A stretch of DNA of 64,000 bases. It comes from Phoronis australis (Eukaryota; Animalia; Phoronida). Both the position numbers and the translations under genes were made by a program. Each line of letters starts with the position of its first letter. Position 1 is the stretch's first letter. The notes beneath the pieces were generated by a model that was not told the DNA's origin, ran no database searches, and worked only from the letters and a program-made list of their open reading frames with translations. Location of the stretch: positions 1-64,000 of the forward strand of contig NMRA01000095.1 in NCBI GenBank assembly GCA_002633005.1. Reading direction: 5' to 3'. Positions 27,901 through 42,900 of the stretch are shown piece by piece.

Positions 27901-30900
27901 TTTATTTATTAATGTAATATTTACAATGAGGGTAGTCCCATCAGTTCACATTGCATTCCATGGAGGCCCTCAGTAAAAACAAGCGTATAGTAAGACAAAA
28001 ACAGAATTACAAAGTGAAAGAAAATACTTAAATAATAAGAAAGAATAAAAAATTAACAAAGAAAGACTGATGAAACAAAATAAAAAATGAAATATGATAA
28101 ATAGAAGATAAAGAAATTTATACAAGATAATTAACTAAATATTAATATAAATAACTAAAAACAGACCATAAATACTTAATAAAAGTAAGCCATCTTATAA
28201 ATATACACGCTTTTGTACACATGCATTCTTACACACTACATGAAGTTAAATCTATGATTTAATCCTTTAGGTACTCACCAATTAAAACTAAAATCAAGTA
28301 CCTTCAGTCGAAACTTTTGGTTTCTACAGTGAAAGACTTTCAAATTAGTTAAGAGTTACATCTACTCTCCATCAGTCAAAACAGAAATAATCTCAATACA
28401 GTAAAGTTAATTTGTAAGCCAAAATGATCTCATATTTTACCAAAATAAGTAACTTAGAATGCACAATTAAGCATTACAAACGTTATTCAAAAACATGACA
28501 AATTTACATGATATTAAAGAGGACATTTTACCATGGCGACTAGGTGATTATTTATTCTACTGTTCGATAATCATGATTTAGGAAATTAAGAAGTTGCTAG
28601 TAATAAGGATTGGAGGATGGATGCTTCAAAATCCAACAGCGTATTACTCTTATTAAGAGTCTGAATATTTTGTTGCCTTGGTAATTGATAACTTGAATTA
28701 AGAAAGCAACAGTTAACACAATTTACAACGCATGTATAAAGAGCATGATTTATACTGAAAAATCGAAACATGAATTATGTAATGACTGGAATTTGTAGGG
28801 AACCCAACAGTCCTTTTAGGTCACCCAATGTACAAACAAATTGGGGCACAGAGTCGGGAATTCTTTTCATTATAATCAGACTTTCATGGATCATTTTACT
28901 GTCAAAATTACACTTTAATTTCTGATTTTTGAAAGATTATCACCATCACTGATAGTCTTATCAAAGGATCAAATTTGCAAAGAAAGTCATGCAGGCAAGC
29001 ATTCTCAACCTTAACTATATGTAGGATATCCAAAATCTATATAATTTTACATGATTATACAAAAGTAATCCTGTGTTATACACTGATGCTAGTTGGTTTG
29101 AGACAGTTGTAACATGTCATGATCTTGTTACACCATTGTATCTTTCCAAAACTTACGCAAACAACGACATTTTGTCATATGGCACAAGTTCCCTTGGTAT
29201 GTATCAGACGAACAAATTAATATTAATCTTTTATCGAAACCCGCGTAACCATATTAAGTAGCTAACTCAGTTAGCAACTAATTTTGACATCACACACATC
29301 ATTTCGTTTGAGAAAAATCACCTGTAGCTTACATATTAGAGTATTACATCGTGACTCTTCAACCACGCAGGTACTAGCACTATTATCTTCTGCCTCTTAA
29401 TATTATCGTCTACCTCACAATATTATCGTCTGCTTCACAATCATTAACTGAAATGACCTATCGAGATCTGTTGTCACTTATGATTTCTACTGACATTTTT
29501 ACGGATATCAATTAAAGCTGGTGTAAGTTGTCACACCATCAATCAAGATCAAGATCTAAACAATAAATTGTCACCATTTTTACACCTCTTTTCTTAAACG
29601 AGATCCCCTTACAAACAAGAGCACTTATCCATCAGTTTTATAGTTAACTACTCATTGAATATCAAAAATTATTTACGCAAACTATATTCGGTTTGGTAAA
29701 GGGAATAAGTATTTTGATCAAGGTTGCAATTTTTAGATCTTCACACAATTGTATGTCAGGAATTTGAGAAGAATGAAAATACAAAATTAAATCATGTAAG
29801 GAGAGGATGGATTAAATACATGTATATTAAGCAAGAATTTCTGTGTTCTGAATTTTCACCTTCCTTAAAATTATATATTAAATACAATTAAAGGTTATAC
29901 ACGTAAATGTGATTCATCTTTTGAAATGAAAAAATATTCAAACTTACACCATTGCCAGCGTGATGACTAATGCACGCAACAGTCAGTAGTCTCTGTACAG
30001 CACAGAGCTGAGGATTTCTTGTGACCAGCTTTCCCATACATTATGGCTACAGTGAAATTGTTCACAGTCATACTAATATGTTGTGAATGACACATGGGAA
30101 CGATATTTGTAAGGTTCGTAGGTCTTCGATTTGATTTGATTTGGTCGTGTTGGCTTATTCTATTTTGATTTCAAACTCGCCGAATCAAATCCCTTAATTG
30201 TAGGAAAAAAACAGGGAAAATACAGGCGAGCTCACAGCCTAACTAATTGGTCCTACAAGTCAGCGCTTGTTCTATGCTCAGATCTAGTGGATCTTGTGTA
30301 GACTGGGTCTAGGCGTTGTTGGTTGTCGGTCGAGGGTCGTGGGTCCTGGGTCGAGGGGGTTTGGGTCGAGCAGGGTCGACGGGTGGAGGTCTGAGGGTCT
30401 AGGGGGGCTACAGGACGATCCTCCTTTTCTTACACAATTTTCCAAAGAAGCAGCTGGTCATCCAGGTCCTTCATGGAAAATCTAAGCCCTCTTTTTTCTG
30501 AAATCTTGCATTATCCACAGATGTACTGACATCAAACATCAGTTTCTGATCAGTTTGCTCACTTAAATTTTAGTCATGTTTGAGAGGAAGGAGTTGGATT
30601 GTTGATAACTGTACGATAATGAATACCCCTGGTCTACTGACTCGGACTCAAAATTCAACAAGCTCATTGATCCTGTTTGGGTATCTAAGGAACTGGTGTC
30701 GAATCAATTAGTACACGTTTCTGTCGATCTCCGTATTGAGCAATGACATTGCTGGCCTCCATTCTTGTCCATTTCTGCAGCTGCGTGAGTTTTGAACAAA
30801 ATCAAGTGCATGACATACAGATAAACACAGGCCTGGTATCCAGCAAATCGTTGCTGGATTGAATGTCAAAGAGTGCATTAAAATCCTAGTATCTCCGCTT

Positions 30901-33900
30901 TAATGCGGCATTTTTAACATCGTGTGCATAATATTATAACAGTAATATGTGTACCGTTTGCATCTAGCGTGCATGGAATAAAACTATAGATTACAACTAC
31001 TATACTGATGGATAAAGAAACATTCCCAATACAAAATTCTTAAGTAGTGTTGTTGTGTTTATGTGTCATAGCTCTTGAGGTTCGTGTGCTCTGCTGGTGT
31101 GTTGGTAAATAATTGCGCGTCCACACATATGGGGTATTCTCAGGTACTGGTAGGTCCAGTGGCTGATGTGCCGATATGGCATTTGCTGACACATGAAACC
31201 GTTTAATGAGAGTTGCTAATAGTCCCCATGGTCAATGGAACTGATGTAAACTATCTGGTCTCTTGACGGAAATCCATCATGTTAGGTTTGCCTAAACTGC
31301 AAACCTATGCATGCTAATGTATTTTCACCACTTGCTAGTTTCGAGAAGGAAAAATGCAGTGAAAGAAACACGAATTAACTGCTTTCTTTCATAAGTTCTA
31401 ATGAGAAAGGCGGTTGCCTTCATGGGAATTTCATGCTTACTTGTTCACACAGCAGTAATCATTGGAATGATTTCTCGATTGACACGGTCGCAGCACATCG
31501 TAAGTGAATAAGACTCTTTAAGACTCTTGATCATCCGGATGCTTGCTGAATCAAACGTATTTGTACGTGGAGGCGGTATACATGTAAGAGATACTTATAC
31601 CCATTACTAACCAAAATGTACAACTTTCAGAGTTCCGACAAGTGAAAGCTTACTATCAGTGAATTCTACATTCATAGCTGATTTTTCTGCCTATGAAAAC
31701 CAACAATATTGTAAATGTAATGGCACCGAGGTGGACTGCAGTGCAATGGAGTTTGTTAACCTCTGTGACGGTGTCGAGCAGGCAAAGGACATAACTGACA
31801 AACACCTCAGTCAATGCCGCCGTCGACGTGAAACCACATTTCACGACTTTGTCGACGATGAGGAAAATCTCGAGTTTGATTTTGACCCAAACTTTGATCC
31901 TCCTGTAAGTATATAAAGACGCCTTGTAAAGCACAAAATAAATTGTTTATTTTAATGTCGGTGGCTTCGCTGCATTCTTGATAAATCGTTCAACTTGAAG
32001 GGTTACCGTATCATAAGAAATGAAATACATGTACGATCCTATTCAGGGGAGAACACTGGTGAGGCGTTTCAGTGCGTCTAAAACATTTTGCATATTTTTT
32101 AATTCATCTGAAGTGCTCTTGTCAGACTTCGGATTTTCAACAAAGGCAGGCTGTGTAACGGCGAGAGTTTTGGGTTATACTATTTTTCGTCATAATTTTC
32201 ACGAGGAATGCATTCCTAATGGAATATTAACCACCCCATTTCAACTGTAAATTAGTATTTAAGAGAACAATGTAATGCATAAAACAGGTGCAAATGCTAC
32301 AGCACGTCTCTGATTTTAAAGCTTGTGTTCAACTGAGACCATCCACATATCAACCAGTAATGTACAAGAAATCAGGGACAAACAAACCCAGCCCATTCAT
32401 TGCAAATACGAGGGACACTGGCGGCCTGAACGACCCTGGCTACTGTCCATTCTACCAGTGTATTAATTACTTTCGGATTGTTATTAGCGACGTCACCATT
32501 CCTTCCAGTACCGGAATCTATTTTTGTACTCGAAATCGACATGTTTTGTTTTTCTTCTCTAGGAATCTAATCTAAGAATCTCTTACTATGTGCTCCAGTA
32601 TGTGCATGCGAGTTTCTAGTCCAAGTTCGCACTTTATGACACTTACACTGAATCGATCTACAAAATCGAGTAAAAACTCGAAAATTCTAATTCAGATTCG
32701 AATCTTTAGCCATAATGCTGGAGTGATCAAGTGCAAACTAGGAAGATGAAGTCATCTACATAATTTACTATGTATTCAAGCATCAAATAGAATACAGATT
32801 TTTGGAGTTCACGGAAATGTAGAATCGAATATACCAAATTAATTTTGAGTCCTAGTTAATGTACACAGATAAGTCCCCCGATTCCTGATGCTTGTGATGT
32901 CATTTGTGTCTAGTTGAAGACTTTCCCTACTGCTAATGGTACCACGTACGAGGAAGCGTCACGTTTTTGTGAAAACTACATTTACAATGCTACAGTGTCA
33001 AAGGCTTGTAAAGGAATTGCACAGATCGACTTCCCGGATTTGGTGCGCAACTGCATTGAAGATATCAAGGTAACTATTGTTATCGATCACCGAAAAATTA
33101 GTAAACAACAACTTTTTGCAGCTCACTGCCCGATAAGAGCTCGTGTGGATCGTTGTAAAACACGAAGTGAATCTAGTTGTCTTTTGCCACTTAAGATGAA
33201 TGTCTAAATTTGGCAAATGTCTGAACATCACCTTTCAAAAATAGCTAATGGTATTCACATGCAATTTTAAGTGTTACATTTTATTGTATTCTACTGTGAA
33301 AAGACGTTTGGATTTTCATAATGGAAATACAATTATAATTTAGAAAATTAAATTATAATTATCATTGACATTTTATCCAGAAATATGATCAGGTTACTGA
33401 TGTCGTTGTGACTGTACCTTTCTTTTTTGCTAAATTTAACTAAAAATGCATGGTCACGTGACCAAATTGATGCCATATTGGTAACTTGTCAAAAATTAAA
33501 TATTCCGGGAACATGAGATCTCATGAAAATATTTTTTTTTATTTTTTTTGTACAATGCAATATATTTACAAATTGGTCAACTTTCGGGAATTGCAATATT
33601 TGTTATTTTAGTTGTTGCAAGAAATAAAATGACAGGGCTTCACCATTAGTTTGAAAAATCAGCAAATTTCTTGAAACTCGATCATTGAACTATCTTAGTA
33701 ATTTTTCTTCAGGTGGGTTCAACGATCAAGTAAATGTGTTTACGTTTCCATCCCTTTTAAATAGCTTTAAACAGTTTCAAAGTCATAACTAGGCTGTTTC
33801 CGTAGCGAACTTGTTATTTCAAGTGTGGCGCAAATTCTCAGGCCAATTGATGTAACATAGCCACATTTTCTGGACTCAGCTTTCCAAGAAATGACATTAT

Positions 33901-36900
33901 TTTATTGGAAACTGGAGTGGCTTTCCTCACTTTATACAAGCATACAAATCAAAGGATTGCGAAAAATCTACAGCTTACAAAGCTCGTAGTTTTGGCACAC
34001 TATTTTGGGCAAATTTACAACCAGTTACCGTTTGCAAACAGTAATACAGTACTTAAAGCTTTCCAAAGTTCTCAATACAAATGCAGTATCTTGCTGAACA
34101 TGTGGATCAATATACTATAGATTAGTCATAGAAAGCGACAATTCTTTTAATCATTTGACCAAAATTTAAATAAGTTGGGCTTTCCGATTAGTACGACAAT
34201 TCCGCTATGATTCCGCACAGTTGAGTCATGAATTAAAGAACTGTATGTAGGAGTTTTTTTGTAGTTATCAGACAGCACTGGATGGGCAGTGACAAACATC
34301 AACGTAATTCAGAAGCAATGTAGCACTGTGATCCAGAAATCCCCAGCGCTATGGGTACCTGCTGACACAAACGGCACATCGTCTAAAAATGCAACAACAC
34401 TTAAACTGCCATCGTTGATTACGGACACTCTGTGTCCTGGAGACTGCAACGGGCATGGAACCTGCAAAGAAGGTAAAAAAATGTGTAATGTGAAATTAAA
34501 TCTAGGATGCATTCAGTGCAACACTCAAATGAACCTGCTGCGGGATCTGCTTCACTATTATGTCAAACCGCTGCAGGTATTGCGGTTTGCAATGCACTTC
34601 AGTAGCATTTATATTTCACATGAAAAGAGGGAAGACAATTTATTATACAAAATCCATGCAATCGTATTCATTCCAATTTATATGTACTTGAGCTCGCATG
34701 AACCTTATTCTAAAATAATAATGTACATGTATGCAACAACGTGTTGTCATTCAAGCATAAACCAGGACCATAGGAAGGTGCGAAATGTCTGGGTTCACGC
34801 ACTTCTCCCAATAATTTGCGTAAGTCGGAGAAAACCTATGGCAATCGACGCAGGTATAATAGGACGGGGCGAGGAGCAGTTTCCCCCCAGATTTTAAACA
34901 AAAATGACCATTTTAATGAAGCAACAAAACACCATTGCGAACAAATTCCTGATAGTGTTTACATGTATGTACAACTTTAGCTCTTAAACTGTAAGGTGCC
35001 ACAGCTGGAATGAATCTGCTCAGTGTTGGCATTAACACGAAGTATTCCGAAAGTGCACCCCAAACTCACTCCTATATCACGTATTTTGGTTGCGCGTCAG
35101 GCATGTGTGTGAATGCCCACGGAAATTACATTGCCTTACTGTGAATTACGGATTAGAAAAAGATCTTGCGATATAACAACCAGTAAAGAACACGGAATGC
35201 ACGTTACAGGTGTCCATTCAATTTTCATATTGGATTGCCATTTGACTATTGAACAAGGTTATTTATTTACTGTAATGTATAAATGTTTTTTGTTTAGAAA
35301 TTACGTGCAGGCGGTCTGATATACTTTGCACCAGAAGTGCGCAGGCCGCGCGTGCGTGCTCATTGCACTAGTCACCTGTTTGTTTTTGTATCGTATACGG
35401 AAAACGGCTGATTCATGGAATATCTTTTTGACATTTTCTATTTTATTGATTCGTCAGTGAATTTTGTTACAGGCTGAAATTCGGGGAAATGTATTCAGCA
35501 AAATGATGATTTTGGATGCTGGGCCATGTGAGCATTTCCAATGACCTTCTTGTATAATTGATGTTCAAGACAGAGAAAAGCGAAGCAAGAGCTTTTGCTT
35601 TTTGTTACTTACACAAGTTTTATTTCTGGTCACAATGATGCTCTTTGAATGAATAAAAATGAATTGAAGGTGCACCATTAGACATGTTTATTAAATATCT
35701 GGAGTCACTCGGAATCCCGAGCCGACAGTGGTGCAGCTCAAGGTGAAACTTCGATTTTGCGAAAGTACTGTATCTATCGGCGAATAAGGTACAAAAGCAT
35801 GTCAAGAGATACAAAATTATTTGGCCCTCACGTATTTTAACCAAATTTGCACAATAACACCAGTTTTTAAGTTGTAATTCATACATAGTTCCCTTTCCAA
35901 AACACTTTGATTGTAAGCTGTTTTCTCTCCAACTTTGACACCAAATGCTGTGTTCGGACTAAAAAAAAACAGGTCGATTAAGCTCCAACCGCGTGGCCCA
36001 CAGGATGTAGAAAACCTGAATATATGGATATTATGCTGAGGCAAAGACTTCAGAACCTTTTCATAGAGTCAAGTGAAACTGTTCGCGAAGTTATTTTTCC
36101 CTCCTTATAAATACCGGAAGTGCAGATGGTCACAGGAAAAACGAGCAAGCATGAGCCATACGATTAATACGAACTGAGAGACTGTGCATTCACACTTTCA
36201 AAACTCTCTGCCTTATATAAATCGGGTAAAACGTGTGTGTCACAAATCCAAAGCGTCCGAAGGGTACCCGAATGCCCTGCTTAATTTCAACTCCCCGCTT
36301 GCGACACTGTGGATAGCCAGCGTTAAGCAAAAATGGGTCGAAGGATCAACACTTGGCAATCATTCACTCAGAACATATTAAAAGTCAAGCAAATGCCAAT
36401 TCGTAACATTCACATGCAGCAAAGACATTAAAGTGCCCAACCAACCAAGCAAGTGGCAATGTTTAATGAAATTTGGGGAGGAAATTGAACCGGGAAGGCA
36501 AATTGAACCACGGAGGCAAAATAAACCTTGACGCATAAAAATTGACTGCCACACAAAAGCAAAATTCGTCGCCCGAGCATGCGTACTCCAACTAAAAATC
36601 ATGAAATTGCGTTAGCCGGCATACACCTCGATGGGCTAATGGCGGTACAATGAGGAATCCCCGACTTGATCAACCGTGCGACAATAGAAATTGAAATAAA
36701 CAATATACATGTGGAGGACCGGAGAGGACAGTACAGATTGCCCGGATATAAAATACTCACTGCACAACCTACATTACTGAATGAATTATTTTGCTGTATT
36801 GCCATTGTGTTTTTGACCAATTCTGACATTGGAAGGTGGTTTTTCAAAAAACGACACGAGTGTTCCATGGTGCAGTGTATTACACGAATAAATTATTTGC

Positions 36901-39900
36901 AATTTTAGCTGTTTGTTACTGTGAGGAAGGCTATATTGGAAGTGACTGTACAATCGAAAAAGGTAAACCACCCTCAGTGTACTCACTTCCTCAGCAAGGA
37001 CTATGTGACATAAGGCGTCGGCCGTGTGAAGGAACGCCGGTATATGGTGACTATTTCGTGGATTCTGACAACCTGACATGTCATTTGGATTACCTGCAGG
37101 TACAGTGTATGTTTTGAAACTTTAATCTCCTCCAAGCGTTTCACTTGGCAAAAATCAGGATCAGAAGCAGTGGACTTTAAAAGCTTCGCAAAAATGGGAA
37201 AATTGAATGTGAAGCTTTACGATTTATAACACTGAGAAAATCCAAGGTAAAACATTCAAACTGGAAAAACACAGCTACAAATGCAGAAGCATTCATTCAT
37301 ATCAAGCATGTGTCAAGCATCAGGGCAGCCTTTCATGTAGACTGCTAAGCTATTTGAACGTAACGACTAATTAAAAACTCCAGTAATTTAGACACTCAAA
37401 ATTATGCAAATAATCCTCAGAACAATACAAAAGTTTTTATGAAACAAGTAAGGCCGATGTTGCATAAAATCATATGTCGGCCTGATTTATGTTTTGTTAT
37501 TGGCAGATTGGCCTTTACGGCTCCAAAAGCTACACCGGCGAAAAGGCTACAACCAAAGCTGAACTGGAGACGTTCAACGAAATATTTTGTCTCCTTCCGA
37601 AGTCACGTGTTCGTCGAAGTATTGAAGCGAACTCTTCTACAGGAATTCCCGTTTCTGGTTACCAAGTGGGAGTCAGTAATGACGGGAAGACTGTTAGTGA
37701 AAAAGTCACTTTCTTGTCATATGATGCAAAATGCATCTCATGTAACGCCTCTGACTATTGTAGCCAAAAGGTGAGTCGTTAGCACAGTAGCTTGTTGTAA
37801 AAGGCGTAGACTGCGTTCTGTAACAGTTCTCATATATTTGGGCTATGCTAGATCCGAAACCTTTTTACGCCACGCCCTTGACCTAAGTAGGTACATGTAC
37901 TTGGGCAAATAAGACGCAGGGAATCAGCTTCACTATTTTTAAATTATGAAAGTTTTAAGAAAGCTTTTATTTAGAAGCTCGTAATGATATTACGCAATAT
38001 CAGAGTGAAAGGCACATTTTGAATCATCGTATTCAGCTTTAGTTCAACAATGTTACAAAAAGTGAAGATTTGTTGAAGGAAATTGAATGTAATTTAAGGT
38101 TATTTTGGATCGTAGAAAGATTCCAGACTTGGCTAGCTTTTGTTGTACTGTACATCATATCTCAGAAACAGCAAATTGGATCCACATTAAATTTTCTTGT
38201 ACTATGTTTATGCATTATTGTCCAGCAGTCTATGGCGAACTGTTTGATAAAATTCCGTATTTTCGAGGATCTACCCGTAACATGACTGGTGATTTTTTTT
38301 GAAAAAAACATACGAAAACGAGATGATTGTTTAGAAAATTGTAAACGAGTTTTTTGAGATTTCATCATCACCGTTTGGATCGAATTAAATTTGGTCACTC
38401 TATTTTTACCATTGTTTTTCTGAAATGTACTTTTTTCATTGATTTGATTGGTCACGTGACCCAATTACTGGCAGATTGGTATAAAGCCAAAAATCAATTG
38501 ATACAAGTCTTGTCAGTATTGGCTGAAACTGTATACTTCAAGTAAGTTAAATTTTAAAAGTTTTTAATATAGTTATTTTGTTAAACATACACATTTGTCG
38601 CCTAAAAGAACCTGAATTCACGTTCTTCCATTTTAAAGACTGCACTTTTGACTGCCGATTTCAATATTGAAAATTTTGCCTGGTTGTCACTATTAATTAC
38701 GCAGTGCGGTTTAAGAACTCACTAGAGGAAGGTTAAGAACCTGGTATGGGCGCCTAATCCAACCCTGTCATTGCTGTCCCTCGCCTCAATTCCTGCTTCA
38801 CTGCTTTTGCTCAATGTCTAACATTACGAACCTCAACACGGACAGGAACAGACTATTTGTTGGTCACTTGTGCAATCAACAGCGGATGGATTGATGGAAA
38901 CGAGGCACCCTTCTACCTCATGACTTATCATACAAGCCACGCGACTCCCCAGATGCCGCCCCCGTGAGCTGTCTGAGCTGTAATAATAGCATGACTTTTT
39001 GAGCTATGGACAAAACTGGACACCCAATGTCATTTAAAGGGACGTTTCAGTTTCTTTCCCTTCATATTTGCCTTTCTTACTCAAGGAGTGCCTTCCTTTC
39101 AACATTTATTGTAATACGGCAATTGGCGACAAGGCAACATGAATAAATTGTATTAAGTAGAAAACAATTGCACGGCTTCATCTCAGGCAACATTTCAGCA
39201 GGTCTTTGGATCTTATCATAGATAAAAATCGATGCTCTCAGGTAAATTATGTTTTATGTTGCTTTTAATTTCAAAAGAATCTGCTACGTGCAGGTCAGTG
39301 ATAATTTTGCGACGTATATTATCACATTCGACACATATTGTCGACCGTGCGACTACATGTATATTATAAAGGAGAAGTCTTAGCCTCTCAACAAATATCT
39401 CGAACATTAAAATAAACTTGAGACAGGGACTAGGTTCGATAACACTTGTATACATGCATGCCGTCAACATTGAGACACATTGGCTCCGGGGCGACTGTGT
39501 GTATCAGGTGAGACAGTATGATGAGCACCACGTCTGATGCCAGTCGCGTTGGAGGGAGTAGTGTGTAAAACATAGTATTTCGGGTTCTTAAGACACGTTT
39601 TACTCACTCCTACTTTCGGTGGCACCCTTATTCCGACTTTGGCATCGCATTCCGAATCAAAACACACCAACATTTTTGAAGTATGGATTTGCACATGCCG
39701 TCAGTTACAGTAGGCCTTATAAACGTATTATCGCGTTGGCCTTCTTGTACAAATTTCGCAATGCTAAGTCCTACTATGGTGCCAAAATGACTGTTTTTAT
39801 ATCAAAAATACGGTGTTGTAACAAGCCCCAGATGTTAATTAAGTAGGCCTTACAATACAGCAGCTCAATTACGAACCCCATTTAACGTTAACAAATTGAG

Positions 39901-42900
39901 ATGGCGCTGGCACCAGTCAAAACCTCTGACATCATCGACACAACGAAATTGGCTTTCACCGTGTCTCCATCGTGTTGGAATTGGCGATGACCGGCCGTTT
40001 AATTTAGTGCAAAATACGTGGAAAATAAGGCAAACACATTAATTGTCCATTTTGTGTCAATATTATTAATATTCAAATTGATCAAAATCATTACCGTTGA
40101 AAATTGTATTCAAATAATTATCTCACATTCTAAACAGTCGAAAAAACAGAACTCTTCGTCCGAATTGTTATCTGGCAATTTCACAATGTTAATTATAAAG
40201 TGTGGATTGCTTGATACAAACATTGTGATGTTAGGAACTTTTGCATTCATGTCTTCTTTAACACGAAGGTGTGAACGCTGCGCAATTCCGATCCGGCCCC
40301 TGTCGAGAGTAATTTCTAGTTGTTATGAATTAAGGATGCAAACACGATCCAAAAATAACCGTCTAATCCCACCTCATTTAATTTCTGTCATTATTGATCT
40401 TCTTAGAACCTCCCGAGTTCAAATCTTAACAACTAACGTCTACTTTCAGAACAACACGTGCTTAATTGGAGGATTCTGTTATTTACCGGGAGAGATAAAT
40501 CCGTCAAATGCCTGCGAGTTCTGTTCAGTTGCAGTGAGTGAAGTCAAATGGACACCAAAATACGTAAGACTTTTTTAACACTGATAAATAAATTTCTTGC
40601 CCGTGCAATCTTGTGTCAGGAAAAGTGTAAGATAATATTCTCATACACTGTATCGCGGAACCGACAATGTCGATTTACTTCACACTAGGTACATGTACAA
40701 CTGACGAGCAGTAACGTAACTGTTCCTTTAACCCTTGTGGGAGACTCTGTTAAAACTGCATTTTCTTTTGTTTGACTGTGCTTAAGTTAAAATTAGGCAT
40801 CTTATCAAAACAAAACGGGTCCCGAAAATGTAGTTACCATGTCACTACTTTATTGCCGTTGCCAAAAAGAACGTACAGGAACGAGTTGAACGATATACAA
40901 TGTAGAAAATCCAAGGGTTGGCCTCCCCGTCTAAAAGTGGACCGCTCCACTTCAGATTTCGTAGTTATCTCAGTTCCAGTTCAATTCTAAACCGCCACTA
41001 GATTGTCAGGAATATTATATATCCAGTTTTGTAGGCTTAATTAGCAGCTTTCTTATTTTTGCAAGAAAATGGTGGTTGGCAGGGGTGGCGCATCATAGGG
41101 GGCTGGAGGGTGGGCTATATCCCCCACTCTTTTCAGTGCTGTGCTGCCCATAATCTACGTGTGGTGCACCACAGGAGGGGCTGGGAGCTATAGCCCCCAC
41201 CTTTTTCAGTGGTGCGCTGCCCTTGATTTGGCAATGACAGAGGCCTTGTCCGTGTTTCTGAAAGTCTCGTTTCCACCTATGAAGACAACTATCTTGTATG
41301 CTTAAACTAATTTTCGAGAGGTAGAGTGGGAGAAGGGAAAACAATTTATTGCGTCCATTCACTGCTTCCATGTTTTACGTCAACGTTGCAACTCTTTCTC
41401 ATAAGAAAACTTTAATGGCATTAGGTTGACGAGTATAGAACTAATTATAACGAACAAATATTGGTTATAGTCTACCAGCAAGGTTTAGAGCCCAAGTGGG
41501 TGCCTGATGCATCTCATGAGAATACATGTAGGCCTACTGTAGAAACAAAGAGAATTTTTGGAAAGTTATCATTAATTTCTTACGGAAGAATTCATGGGGC
41601 GTTCTCATCCCAGCGCATGGGTTTGTGTGACATGAATCCTCTAAATCCAGAAATTGTTGGGCAGGCCTTTGTCTGATCGGTAAACTGGTTGTCGATTTTC
41701 GATAGATTCTACCTGTACCTTTCATCTAGTATCCATGATAAGCTCAACACCTAACTACTAGAAATACCACTAAAATGATGTGATCTCTACCGACCTTAGT
41801 TGTATAACACAAATAAATCATACGTTTGTTAGTAGCACTGCTCAGGAGGACCGCTATCGCACAACCAATGTGAATATTACGTCTCTCAATCGCTATCTAT
41901 ATCAAGGTCAACTAGTTTTGCCTTTCTGCGGATATTTGTCCAACTCATTTGTGAATAAATGTTCACGAAATATTAACATTAGTGTTGTGTTCGTGGAACA
42001 TGAATATTAAAAGTGTACGTATGCGTTTTTATCAATGGAAGCATGCAACTTTTGACAATTTTGCCGTCTACGCCAGGCACATGTCGCTTGTGATGCGTTG
42101 GCTTCAGGGTTAACCAACTGAGCATTACTGTGTACATAAATATTCCGTGGCGTGGGGAGGGGCTGGTGGTGCACATGAGACATGGTTCAATGAGGGTCGT
42201 GACAAAGTAGGTATCGCTTTGCAATGAACAGGACGACCAAACGCAAAATTGAATTGCAATTCGACCTTTGGATGAAGTTTTGCAACAGACGACGTGCCAT
42301 TTTCCTACTGTTCTCCCAATTGCTACATGTATCACGGCGTCGAACTGACAATCGCTGTTAAATACAGTTGCATATTACTTTGGAAACCAAGAATTTTTAA
42401 CTGTTGGCTCACTGCCACCTAATTACAGAATCAATCATGCTTAATCCAAGGACAGTGTTTCCAGGATGAGGAAGTGAACCCGGCAAATGATTGTGAGTTG
42501 TGTTCAGCGAAAAACAATACTGGAGACTGGACAAAGAAACACGTGAGTGCGAAGACTACTAGTTGCTATGCATTGTAGGCGTAGTCGCTGCACGTGATTC
42601 TCTCCCCGGTTCAGCCGGGTAAACCGACTAAGAAATCTGATTGGTTTGTAAACCGGAACTCATCTTCGTGAAGCAACCGTGGCAGAGTTCAGTAAAGCTA
42701 GGACCTGCGCTAGGTTCTCGCTAAAAAGCAAGACTTCACGAGGTTATGTGAGGTATTGTCCTGTATTTTGAATGGGAACAAGACTGGTGAGTTTGGTTAG
42801 ATTTTCCAGTCGCGAGACAGCTACTGAACTCTACCATCATTTCTTTGCCAGTGCCGATTCGTGAACGCTATGCACTCACGAAAGACAACACGAGGTCACA

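Noticed and set aside
34473-34897. ORF continuation past the EGF exon (likewise 40018-40449 before repeat 1)
   Set aside because: Read-through into intron; family similarity stops at the splice site and resumes in the next exon.
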